Assembly (NCBI GenBank): GCA_001786195.1
Contig: MFVS01000008.1
Span: forward strand, 21,057-85,056
DNA from: Candidatus Nomurabacteria bacterium RIFCSPLOWO2_12_FULL_40_42
GTDB taxonomy: Bacteria; Patescibacteriota; Minisyncoccia; Phycocordibacterales; UBA9973
DNA length: 64,000 nucleotides
Direction: 5' to 3'
Both the position numbers and the translations under genes were made by a program. This document shows, piece after piece, positions 1 to 8,227 of this stretch (within the stretch, counting starts at the first letter, position 1; every line of letters begins with the position of its first letter). Below the pieces are notes generated by a model that was given only the letters and a program-made list of their open reading frames with translations, ran no database searches and had not been told where the DNA came from.

Positions 1-1281
1 TACCTCTTCTCCGCCACTTACACTCATCGGGTCGATTATGAGAGTTGCATTTCCGGTTTTCAGATCTATTTTCCAAAACTGGTCCGAAAATGATACTTCG
101 CCTTGATACCAAGAGTCGGGATATGCACCCGAGCTAATTGATTTAGGCACGGCGCAATAAATAGCATCGCTTGCTTTACCCCAAACGCATTTCTCTGGCA
201 GAGTTCGGAGTGAGAGAGTATCTGAATTTCGAGTGTCGGTATGATAAACCCGTAGCGATAGATTGCTATCGCTAAACAAAACCAATTTTCCGTTTGGACT
301 TCCCTTGGTGGTCAATCCATTGACGCCTCCCAATATTTTGGTTAAATTTTTGCCGGATCCGTCCATGCTGTACATATATCCGGGAGCGCTGGAGAAAGGT
401 TTGGTCGAAAGAGTAATCATATTATTATTTCCCCAAACAGACAGCCATTCAGTGAGGGGAGAATCAAACAGCTGCGTCTTTTTATTGTTTAATAAATTTA
501 AAGTTATTCCAATCATATTATCTCCCAAACTGCCACCACTGCTCCATAAATAAAATATTTTTGTGGTGTCGGGTGATATGCTTATATCTTGAATATTATC
601 CGGCAGAAAAACTCCTTTAACTTCGTTGTTTTCTGTGGTATCCCCTCCTAATAATTCTTTTGGTAGAGTGCCGACGAAAGTTTCGATTGTTTTTCCATTT
701 GCTTTCAAATATCGCATAATTACTGACTGTCCATGGTTGCCAAAATAAGCTTCATATACCTTGGGTATGACAGTCACCGAAAACTTTCGCTCTTCTATTT
801 TATCAGCGAAAGTTTGGTAAATGTTTCCAGTCTTCTTTTCTACATATCTTAAAGCAGGAGCAAATTCTGTTGGTGGTGGGGTGGGTTTGGTTCCCTTCCC
901 TTTGGGGAGGGTTAGGGTGGGGTTAGGAGTTACAGACCCCTCCCCACCTCCCCCAAGGGGAGGAGATATCGCTACTTCTTTTAGCCTTTCTTTACTAAAA
1001 ACTACAAATCCTGCCACGGGCATACTGGAAACTTTGGTTAGTTGCATTTTTACACCTGTCTCTACTGGGTTTGGCTGGTAATCCGACTCACCGGTCGCAG
1101 GCGTAGTAGCGCCTGGAACCGGCTTGCTGTCCCCAAATGGTTTAAATTGCGAAACAAAATTTGTGCCTGTCCCTGCATCTTCCGGAGCGATGGTTCCCGG
1201 GCGGAAATACCAAAAACCGAGAGCCGCGATTGCTCCTAGACCCAGAATTATTATTAAAAGTATAAAGTTTCTTTTGGACAT
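1..1281 (-). CDS. hypothetical membrane-anchored/exported protein, partial (continues beyond window start)
   Basis: Minus-strand frame open from ATG at 1279-1281 (MSKRNFILLIIILGLGAIAALGFWYF..., N-terminal hydrophobic anchor) to the window edge. It is absent from the ORF track because there is no stop in the window. Carries a GC-rich palindromic insert at 947-963 encoding PLGGGGEG. Confidence 0.5.
   Translation of the reverse strand, partial: MSKRNFILLIIILGLGAIAALGFWYFRPGTIAPEDAGTGTNFVSQFKPFGDSKPVPGATTPATGESDYQPNPVETGVKMQLTKVSSMPVAGFVVFSKERLKEVAISPPLGGGGEGSVTPNPTLTLPKGKGTKPTPPPTEFAPALRYVEKKTGNIYQTFADKIEERKFSVTVIPKVYEAYFGNHGQSVIMRYLKANGKTIETFVGTLPKELLGGDTTENNEVKGVFLPDNIQDISISPDTTKIFYLWSSGGSLGDNMIGITLNLLNNKKTQLFDSPLTEWLSVWGNNNMITLSTKPFSSAPGYMYSMDGSGKNLTKILGGVNGLTTKGSPNGKLVLFSDSNLSLRVYHTDTRNSDTLSLRTLPEKCVWGKASDAIYCAVPKSISSGAYPDSWYQGEVSFSDQFWKIDLKTGNATLIIDPMSVSGGEEV
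947..963. repeat. GC-rich C-tract/G-tract palindromic in-frame insert (family member)
   Basis: CCTCCCC-caa-GGGGAGG inside gene 1-1281, encoding PLGGGGEG. Confidence 0.5.
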
Positions 1282-1292
1282 AAAAATTTATT

Positions 1293-1859
1293 TTATATAC
1301 TAAAAGGTAACGGAACGATTGGCTCGGGCGCTACTGGAGTTGTAGGCTGGACGACTGGGGCTGGTATATCTATATCTGGTGGATTAATGTCGCTTTTTAG
1401 CAAGTCGGGATTTATGGTGTTTAAAAGCGCCCAAGAACCCAGAGCTATCAAGAGTCCCAAAATTGCGCCCGTAATTCTGTGTTTGCCGTCTTCTTTAGTG
1501 TGAGCAAGTTCGCTGGTCATAACTTCCAGACCGCCTACCACGATCATTATCACGGATAAGACGGCGGCCAGTCCGATGAATATTTTTATCATGAGATTCA
1601 GGTACTCACCCAGTTTTGTATTTTGACTATTACCACCGTCACTTGCAGGATTAAAAGAGGATATGCCAGGCAGTGGAGCTAACAAAACATATCTTCCACA
1701 AGGAGCATTCACTGCACTTCCCTCGTTGCTTACAGGCTTTCCGTTGCTATCTATACAAGGTTCTCCTGGCTTAAGATCCGATGCATACGTTTTTAACAAA
1801 GGACTAGAAAATCCAGCAATTATTATTAGTATTAAAATGTATGGTAAATATTTTTTCAT
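1293..1859 (-). CDS. TrbC/VirB2-like T4SS pilin candidate
   Basis: 188 aa. N-terminal signal, then two hydrophobic helices (MIKIFIGLAAVLSVIMIVVGGLEV...ITGAILGLLIALGSWALL) as in conjugative pilins. Lies immediately downstream of VirB4 in the same operon. Confidence 0.5.
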   Translation of the reverse strand: MKKYLPYILILIIIAGFSSPLLKTYASDLKPGEPCIDSNGKPVSNEGSAVNAPCGRYVLLAPLPGISSFNPASDGGNSQNTKLGEYLNLMIKIFIGLAAVLSVIMIVVGGLEVMTSELAHTKEDGKHRITGAILGLLIALGSWALLNTINPDLLKSDINPPDIDIPAPVVQPTTPVAPEPIVPLPFSI

Positions 1860-1999
1860 CCCAGTACTAAAATTTTACTTTTAATTTCTAATTTTGATTT
1901 GTTTTTATTTTTCATAATCATCTTTATCTTAACATTATTTAATCAAAAATTTAGTACGGGATGAGGAAAATCATATTCACTTTGTTCGTTGATTTTCAC

Positions 2000-2974
2000 T
2001 CAAAATTCTATATTTATTTCCTTGCTAGCTGTTTGAAAAATTTTGTCCTTACTTTCTATTTCCAGTCTCAATTTTGATGTTCCGTGCGTGCCAGCTTCTA
2101 CCTGAAGCGGCATCAAATTTTTCCTAAAACTTTGCAAATTTACCAAACCGTCATTAATAAACCACTTCCAGACGAGGGTCGGAGTTTGTATCTCTTTGGG
2201 TGAAATAAAATATGGCACGGCCTCTATGGTTTCCCCAGTTTGTATTTTATACGGATCCGGAATTGCTTGCTCCCAAATTGTTCCGAAATCACTGTCATTT
2301 TTGTAAAATAATATTTTCGGCGCCGTTGTCCCAATGTCTATACTTGCTTGAGATGAATACTTCTGGTCCAAAGTCGAGGCTACGACATTTATATTGTCGG
2401 AATCTTCCAGATAATCATTAGTATAAATGAAAAAGTTTTTACCATAGCCGGAGCCATCCACATTGTTGGTATAATCCTTTTTCCAGTAGTAGGTCATAGA
2501 GCGCCTTAGGCTCTCTGAAGAGCCTAAGGCGCTAATTTCCGGCATCGCCACCACTTTTATCTCGCTGCCTAAGGACGGCATCGCTTTGCCGCGATAAAAA
2601 GGGGGTACATATGAATCATTCGCCTGCCAGAGCAGGACCATGACGGAAGGTTTGATGGTTATTTTTGTCTCTACCACGCCGTCCGGGAGAGAGATCTTGG
2701 CTACAATATTCGTTTCAGCTCCGGCCGCCGGCGCGGTTACCGAAAATGATTTTTTCCCGATTCCTGAGAGAGCGACTTTGCCGTTTTGTGACCAAGATAT
2801 CAGCACGCTGTCTAAATTATAGGCATAGCTATTTAAGGTGATAATGGTTTCTTCATAGGGGTCTGGATTAGGAGGCGCTATATTAACCAAAATATCACTC
2901 GAAGCCGCCGAAACAACACTGACTGTTGCCCCAAAAAAGATGAGCGTTATAAGTGATAAAAATCGAAACTTCAT
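2000..2974 (-). CDS. secreted hypothetical protein
   Basis: 324 aa with a clear signal peptide (MKFRFLSLITLIFFGATVSVVSAASSD). No recognisable catalytic motifs. Confidence 0.5.
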   Translation of the reverse strand: MKFRFLSLITLIFFGATVSVVSAASSDILVNIAPPNPDPYEETIITLNSYAYNLDSVLISWSQNGKVALSGIGKKSFSVTAPAAGAETNIVAKISLPDGVVETKITIKPSVMVLLWQANDSYVPPFYRGKAMPSLGSEIKVVAMPEISALGSSESLRRSMTYYWKKDYTNNVDGSGYGKNFFIYTNDYLEDSDNINVVASTLDQKYSSQASIDIGTTAPKILFYKNDSDFGTIWEQAIPDPYKIQTGETIEAVPYFISPKEIQTPTLVWKWFINDGLVNLQSFRKNLMPLQVEAGTHGTSKLRLEIESKDKIFQTASKEINIEF

Positions 2975-3028
2975 GATTTAATTATAACATATCTACTTTA
3001 CAAACTTTATGACTTTCCATTTTATAAC

Positions 3029-4915
3029 TTAATTATCCAACCCCTGTCTGGTCATTGCCCCCATCACCTCCCCGGCTTCAGCTTCTTCCTTGGCTTTTCT
3101 GTTGGATAGTATTTGCGAAGGGTCGGAGGTAATGATTTGGTCTTCGGTGTACGAAGCGATGATTTTGATGGCCACATGTTTTAAGCCGGCGAAGAAAATT
3201 CCTTCCCCCACTCCGGATTCCAAAAGCAGATATTTTTCTTCATCGGTCAGGTTGAAAGTTTTTTGCAGAATATCTATTGTAGTCGGAGACTGTTTTAATA
3301 ATAATTGGATAGAGGAATTGGTAATGATCGGCACGCCATAAGGAGACTTCATAAAGTCTGCCGCGTCCTGAGTGATGGTGGAAAGGCCAAGATAGTATTT
3401 TCGGCCTCGCTTGGCGATCGAATACAGGAAAGAAGCGGTGTCCTCGGACTTCATCATCCACCAGGCCTCATCTATTACTAGCAGCCTTTTTTTAAGATTC
3501 TTGCGTATAGCGTTCCAAATGTAATGCATGATTATATACATGGCGACCGGTTTCAATTCATCTTCCATGTCGCGGACCGAAAACACAATAAATTTTTTAT
3601 TGATGTCCACATTCGAGGATCGGTTTAAGAAAGTGGCCCAAGAACCTTTGGTGTATTTCGCCAGACGCTGCACGACTGAATCGCTTCCGTCCATTCCCGA
3701 GAGCACCATTTCAAAATCAGAGAGGAGCGGCGGCTCGACATTGGAAAAATTCGATTCCGGGGTGATGTCTTTCATGGCATAAGTTTCAGAAATGGCCCGA
3801 TCCACCATGGAATCTTCCTCGGGAGAGAGCCCTCCCAACATCAGCCGAAAAAGCCCGACCAAGTTTATGGTATTGGATCGAAGCACGTCCTCGGCCGTTT
3901 CATCTTCGCGCGGGATCGGCAGATCAAACGGATTGATATGGTGGTCGGAAGAAAGCGCGATGTTGAAATATCTTCCGCCCACCGCTTCCGACAAGAATTC
4001 GTATTCTTTTTCCGGGTCGATGACGATCACATCGATATCAAACATGAGTGACCTCAAAATTTCCAATTTGGTCGCATAGGATTTTCCCGAACCGGATTTG
4101 GCAAAAGTCACAGAATTATAGTTCTCTAAACTGAATCTGTCGAAGATAACAAGGGATGAATTATGCCGGTTGATGCCATAGAGAATGCCTTTATTGTCGG
4201 TCAAGTCGAAAGAAATAAAGGGGAAAACACTGGATAACGGCTCCGAATTTAATTTTTGGTGGATAGCAAGCAAATCGGTATCGATCGGGATGACACTTTT
4301 GAAACCCGCTTCCTGTTGGAAAAGCGCCGGTTTGATATAGATAAGCTTGGATTCGAGCATGGATTTTATTTCGTTCTCGATCTTGAACAATTCCAAATCG
4401 TTGTCGGCATAAATCGTGATATAAATGCCCACGTCAAACATTTTTTCTTGCGCCTGGATTAAATTGTCGCGCAAGCCCTCGAGGTCGAGGTTCGCGGTAT
4501 CAAGCATCGGGTCGCGCACCATTCCCTTTTTCTCTCGAACATTTATCTGGCTTTGAACTTCGGCTACTTTTTTCTGGAATTGCCGTAGCACCAGCGAAGT
4601 ATCTATCGGATGAATAAATATGGAAATATCAAAAACTTTATCCAGATTGATTATCGGTGAAAACCAATTATCAGTCAGAAATCTTGGATAAGAGATGATA
4701 AAAAATGTGCGGGCGATTTTGTCGCCCAAGTTTATGGATTTCGATTCGATCTTTAGGGCTGACGGCGCTATCACATCCTGGAGTTCCAAGCTGGCGGATT
4801 CGTAAATTTGTTCCGGCAGTACCGCCAAAGTGGAAGCCTGGGCGCCACTTTCTCCATCCGAATTGAGTCCGCTGGCTTTATTTGTTTTTTTAAATAATTT
4901 GTCTAAAATGGACAT
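3029..4915 (-). CDS. virB4: VirB4/TrbE-family T4SS ATPase (ATPase portion)
   Basis: 628 aa. Walker A AKSGSGKSYA, then LLVIDEAWWMM and ITQDAADF motifs typical of VirB4/TraC/CagE ATPases. Confidence 0.8.
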   Translation of the reverse strand: MSILDKLFKKTNKASGLNSDGESGAQASTLAVLPEQIYESASLELQDVIAPSALKIESKSINLGDKIARTFFIISYPRFLTDNWFSPIINLDKVFDISIFIHPIDTSLVLRQFQKKVAEVQSQINVREKKGMVRDPMLDTANLDLEGLRDNLIQAQEKMFDVGIYITIYADNDLELFKIENEIKSMLESKLIYIKPALFQQEAGFKSVIPIDTDLLAIHQKLNSEPLSSVFPFISFDLTDNKGILYGINRHNSSLVIFDRFSLENYNSVTFAKSGSGKSYATKLEILRSLMFDIDVIVIDPEKEYEFLSEAVGGRYFNIALSSDHHINPFDLPIPREDETAEDVLRSNTINLVGLFRLMLGGLSPEEDSMVDRAISETYAMKDITPESNFSNVEPPLLSDFEMVLSGMDGSDSVVQRLAKYTKGSWATFLNRSSNVDINKKFIVFSVRDMEDELKPVAMYIIMHYIWNAIRKNLKKRLLVIDEAWWMMKSEDTASFLYSIAKRGRKYYLGLSTITQDAADFMKSPYGVPIITNSSIQLLLKQSPTTIDILQKTFNLTDEEKYLLLESGVGEGIFFAGLKHVAIKIIASYTEDQIITSDPSQILSNRKAKEEAEAGEVMGAMTRQGLDN

Positions 4916-4920
4916 AGAGT

Positions 4921-5562
4921 TTAGCTTTCCAGCTGAATTTTTCCCTCGACTTCTCCCGGATTAAAAACTTTATAAAATACTTCCACCACTTCTTCGGTGC
5001 CGAGCTGGGCTGATTTTATGCCGCAACGGGAGAGGCCTTGCTCGATGACGCTTACTCGCTCTTCCAATTGCGACCTCTTTTCCTCGAAATCTTCCTGTTT
5101 GGCCAGATTCACTTCTTCCTTGCTTCTTTTTCCGAACAAGCGTTTCAAGATTCCAGAATCTGATTTGAGGACTGTGTGCGTATAAGGGATCACCACAAAA
5201 AAAGTTTTGGTCATTATGCTGACACTCTCGGCAAAATTCCTGATAAAATCAATATATTCCTTGGTTTGTAACTTTAAGAGGGGCTCGCTCTGCACTTTCA
5301 TCCGGTTTTCCAAAAGCAAAAGATAAGGACGGATATCCAATCTGCGGCTCTGCACCGATATCTGGACGGCAAAATCTAAAGTATTCAGGAAACTTTGGAA
5401 TTGCAATATTGTGGCCTTCTGCTCGTCATCGGATTTGAGCGACAGGTTGACCGAATTGGCGAGCACGATGGCCCGCAGGTCGCCATCTTTGAGCACGATG
5501 ATTCCATCACGGACTTCCCTGATTGGCACAAACTCTTGAGTTGCTTTTGCGTTTAAAGGCAT
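4921..5562 (-). CDS. VirB4 N-terminal-domain-like protein (possible split or frameshifted VirB4)
   Basis: 213 aa soluble ORF ending 6 nt before the VirB4 ATPase ORF, in a different frame. 213+628 aa is about the canonical VirB4 length. Sequence (VPIREVRDGIIVLKDGDLRAIV...) resembles VirB4/PrgJ N-termini. Confidence 0.45.
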   Translation of the reverse strand: MPLNAKATQEFVPIREVRDGIIVLKDGDLRAIVLANSVNLSLKSDDEQKATILQFQSFLNTLDFAVQISVQSRRLDIRPYLLLLENRMKVQSEPLLKLQTKEYIDFIRNFAESVSIMTKTFFVVIPYTHTVLKSDSGILKRLFGKRSKEEVNLAKQEDFEEKRSQLEERVSVIEQGLSRCGIKSAQLGTEEVVEVFYKVFNPGEVEGKIQLES

Positions 5563-5595
5563 CTTTTTACTTTATGAACTTTATAACTTTCTACT

Positions 5596-6030
5596 TTATA
5601 ACTCATTTTGGTGTTTGTTTAAGTCCAAGACGTCCAAACTCCAGGCCAAATCCCGCAATTTATTCCCACCTAGCCGAACAGTATCTCGATTCATATTCTG
5701 AGTGACCACTTCTCCCTCTGGCTCCCCACTCTTTATTTTATCTTGATTCTTTTTCTGCCTTTTCCAGATATAAAGCTTGCTCTGTATCAGATAATTAAAT
5801 CCGGCTTCAATCATATTTAGAAAGGGCTTATTGTTGGGTCGATAGCGAGCGAGAGCAATGGCGAGAGCGGCGACGGCGAGGATGGGTATAGCTCCCCAAA
5901 AGAGCCCCAATAGTTTGTAAAGCACAAAACACAAGCCCGCGCCGCCGGCTAGATACACAAACTCTTTGAAAGTGAATGGTCCAAAGATTTTGTCTTCGAT
6001 ATCTAAAAATTGTGGTACTTTAAATTGCAT
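5596..6030 (-). CDS. PrgI/VirB3-like small membrane protein
   Basis: 144 aa. N-terminus MQFKVPQFLDIEDKIFGPFTFKEFVYLAGGAG matches the PrgI-family signature, followed by two TM helices. Positioned directly upstream of VirB4 as VirB3/PrgI usually is. Confidence 0.6.
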   Translation of the reverse strand: MQFKVPQFLDIEDKIFGPFTFKEFVYLAGGAGLCFVLYKLLGLFWGAIPILAVAALAIALARYRPNNKPFLNMIEAGFNYLIQSKLYIWKRQKKNQDKIKSGEPEGEVVTQNMNRDTVRLGGNKLRDLAWSLDVLDLNKHQNEL

Positions 6031-6153
6031 CCCGTACGAAATAGGACGCGTACGCGTACGCTTCGTTGTCCTTTTTATTATTTATAATATATTTAATCAA
6101 TTTCATAATTTTGTTTACTTTATGCGTCCGCGATTTCGTTCGGGATCGCATAC

Positions 6154-6861
6154 CTAAGCTTCCGGCGGCAGACGATACGGATCGGCATTTTTGGGGTAAG
6201 ATTTTGGAGTCTCGGATACGGGTTCCTTTATTTCGCTTGAGGTCCTAGTAATATTTTCGATTGCATGCTCGGTTTTTACGACCGGGGTTTGCACCGTGCT
6301 GGATAATTTTTGGGTCAAGATAGGATGCGCCCTCTCTATCTCTAATTTTCCCGTCTGCATCAGCTGTGCTGAAGGCACTGCGGACAGGTCGTGAATAATT
6401 TCAATACCCGCTGACTTTAACACATGGGTATCTGTATGTATTTCTGTGTTCGCTCTCTCCTTTGAATCACCACCCCCTGCCCCCTCCTCCGAAAGGAGGG
6501 GAGGAGAACTTTTCACGAATATTTTTTTCCTCTCAGTGTTTTTAATTAATTCTTCCCTTATCTTTTTGAAGACCAGGTTATTCATTTCATTCACCAATTC
6601 ATTCGTGGCAGTCTCCGATATTTTTATCCTATTCATTAATTCCTTCGGATAGTTTTCCGCGCTTGTGAGCCCGCAAAGTAAAAGCTCCGTCTCGAGCTCG
6701 AGGTCGCCCAGTTGTTCGAAGGTGTATCCGTACTTACTTCGCAGTGACAAAATAGCCGTTTTCCAATCCACTACGGCAATAGCGTTCACTGTTTCGGTTG
6801 GTAAACTTGCTTTGGCTTCTTGTATTTTTATTTCTAATAAATCTACTGTGTCGTTGACCAT
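6154..6861 (-). CDS. hypothetical protein
   Basis: 235 aa ORF in the T4SS-like operon. Carries GC-rich insert 6481-6504 (EEGAGGGD). Confidence 0.4.
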   Translation of the reverse strand: MVNDTVDLLEIKIQEAKASLPTETVNAIAVVDWKTAILSLRSKYGYTFEQLGDLELETELLLCGLTSAENYPKELMNRIKISETATNELVNEMNNLVFKKIREELIKNTERKKIFVKSSPPLLSEEGAGGGDSKERANTEIHTDTHVLKSAGIEIIHDLSAVPSAQLMQTGKLEIERAHPILTQKLSSTVQTPVVKTEHAIENITRTSSEIKEPVSETPKSYPKNADPYRLPPEA

Positions 6862-6880
6862 ATATTTTTTACTTTATAAC

Positions 6881-7519
6881 TCATTGTATTATATCATTAA
6901 CTGGTTTTATATCGGCAGCCTTTAAAGTTTCCGCATTTTTATTTTGCATTTTAGTTTGGATGTCGGCTAGGGAGAGAGTGGTGGCGGGCGGCACAGAAAA
7001 TACCGGGATGATTGTTTTTTTATTTCCCTCTTGAGGGGTGGCCCTGAGATTTTCTGGGCCGGGGTGGATGTATTGTCCACCTCCTCCTAGCGGGTACTCC
7101 TCAAGAGGAGAATTTGGGGTCATGAATGCCGAATAATCTCCGCCGGAGAGAATGAAATTTACATTTTGCATGGCGGTTGGATTTTTAATTTTCAGATTTT
7201 TCTTGATATTGTCTTCCAAAATTTTTCTAATTGGCTTAAATATCCTCTCTAAAGCCTCATCGGCCATGCTTTTCGCTCCATCCTTGGTAGTGCCGACATG
7301 ATTTTCGATGTTAATAGCGTAAAATTCGAAGTCGGCAGCGCCAATCAAAATTATTAAAGTTTCTAGAATAAAATCGTCAATCTCTTCTTCCGTCAGATTA
7401 TATTTAGCTCCTATTTCTTCGGCGATTTTAACCCAAGGCACAGCCGAAATGGCTTCCTGCCCTTCTTTAGGCAATTGTGCGATTTCCTCTTCAATTGTTT
7501 GTTTTAATTTTTCGGTCAT
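6881..7519 (-). CDS. hypothetical protein
   Basis: 212 aa ORF in the T4SS-like operon. Carries an 82-bp inverted-repeat-flanked GC-rich insert 7027-7109 (EEYPLGGGGQYIHPGPENLRATPQEG). Confidence 0.4.
   Translation of the reverse strand: MTEKLKQTIEEEIAQLPKEGQEAISAVPWVKIAEEIGAKYNLTEEEIDDFILETLIILIGAADFEFYAINIENHVGTTKDGAKSMADEALERIFKPIRKILEDNIKKNLKIKNPTAMQNVNFILSGGDYSAFMTPNSPLEEYPLGGGGQYIHPGPENLRATPQEGNKKTIIPVFSVPPATTLSLADIQTKMQNKNAETLKAADIKPVNDIIQ
7027..7109. repeat. 82-bp GC-rich element with 10-bp perfect terminal inverted repeats, in-frame in a CDS
   Basis: CCTCTTGAGG...CCTCAAGAGG termini. The interior contains GTCCACCTCCTCC. Encodes ...EEYPLGGGGQYIHPGPENLRATPQEG. Confidence 0.55.
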
Positions 7520-7648
7520 CCCGTTAGAGATAGGAAATCTTTAGATTTCCGTTCCCTTAATTATTATTAATATCTTATTTAAGTTTAACATTATTTTTTA
7601 CTTCTATTTTAGTTTTTAACTATTTGATCTCTAACGGGAGTCATTGTA

Positions 7649-8212
7649 TTATTTTGGTCTAAATCCTATCTGGGTTTTTGGTTTTTCTTCTTTTGGTTTT
7701 TCTTTTTTCAGCAGTTGTTTTAATATCTCAAAAACCTCTTTCAGTTGATAATTATATTTTTTCTCCATCTTTTCTATTTTTATTCGGAGCTTCGTATTGG
7801 TTGCGAGCAATTCTCTTAATTTTGTAAAAGTTCTGATTATCTGAATGTTTACAAGTATTGCTCTTTTGCTGTTTAAAACGCTAGATAACATGGCGACACC
7901 TTGTTCGGTAAATGCGTAAGGCAACTTGCGTGTTCCGCCATGACTTGATATCACAAATTGTGACATCAAGTTTGATGTTCCAAATTGGAATATCAAGTTT
8001 TCAAATTCCTCTTTTGTTAGTTGAAACATAAAATCATTTGGAAAACGCTCCATATTTCTTTTTACTGCCTGAATTAATACTCTTGTTTCAACTTGATAAA
8101 GATGTGCTAAATCTTTATCCAGCATTACTTTTTTACCGCGAATAAAAAGTATACCATTTAGGATTCTTTCACTCGGTATTAAACTTTTTGTTTGTTTTAA
8201 TTTTTTGGGCAT
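7649..8212 (-). CDS. ORF6N-domain protein
   Basis: ILFIRGKKVMLDKDLAHLYQVETRVLIQAVKRNMERFPNDFMFQLTKEEFENL...RKLPYAFTEQGVAMLSSVLNSKRA matches the ORF6N (KilA-N-like) domain common in mobile elements. Confidence 0.75.
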   Translation of the reverse strand: MPKKLKQTKSLIPSERILNGILFIRGKKVMLDKDLAHLYQVETRVLIQAVKRNMERFPNDFMFQLTKEEFENLIFQFGTSNLMSQFVISSHGGTRKLPYAFTEQGVAMLSSVLNSKRAILVNIQIIRTFTKLRELLATNTKLRIKIEKMEKKYNYQLKEVFEILKQLLKKEKPKEEKPKTQIGFRPK

Positions 8213-8227
8213 AGAATTTTAAGACTC

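Noticed and set aside
263-1239. Plus-strand ORFs 263-553, 821-1081 and 1042-1239
   Set aside because: All lie antisense within the long minus-strand ORF running from 1281 to the window edge. 821-1081 is just the GC-rich insert read in another frame.
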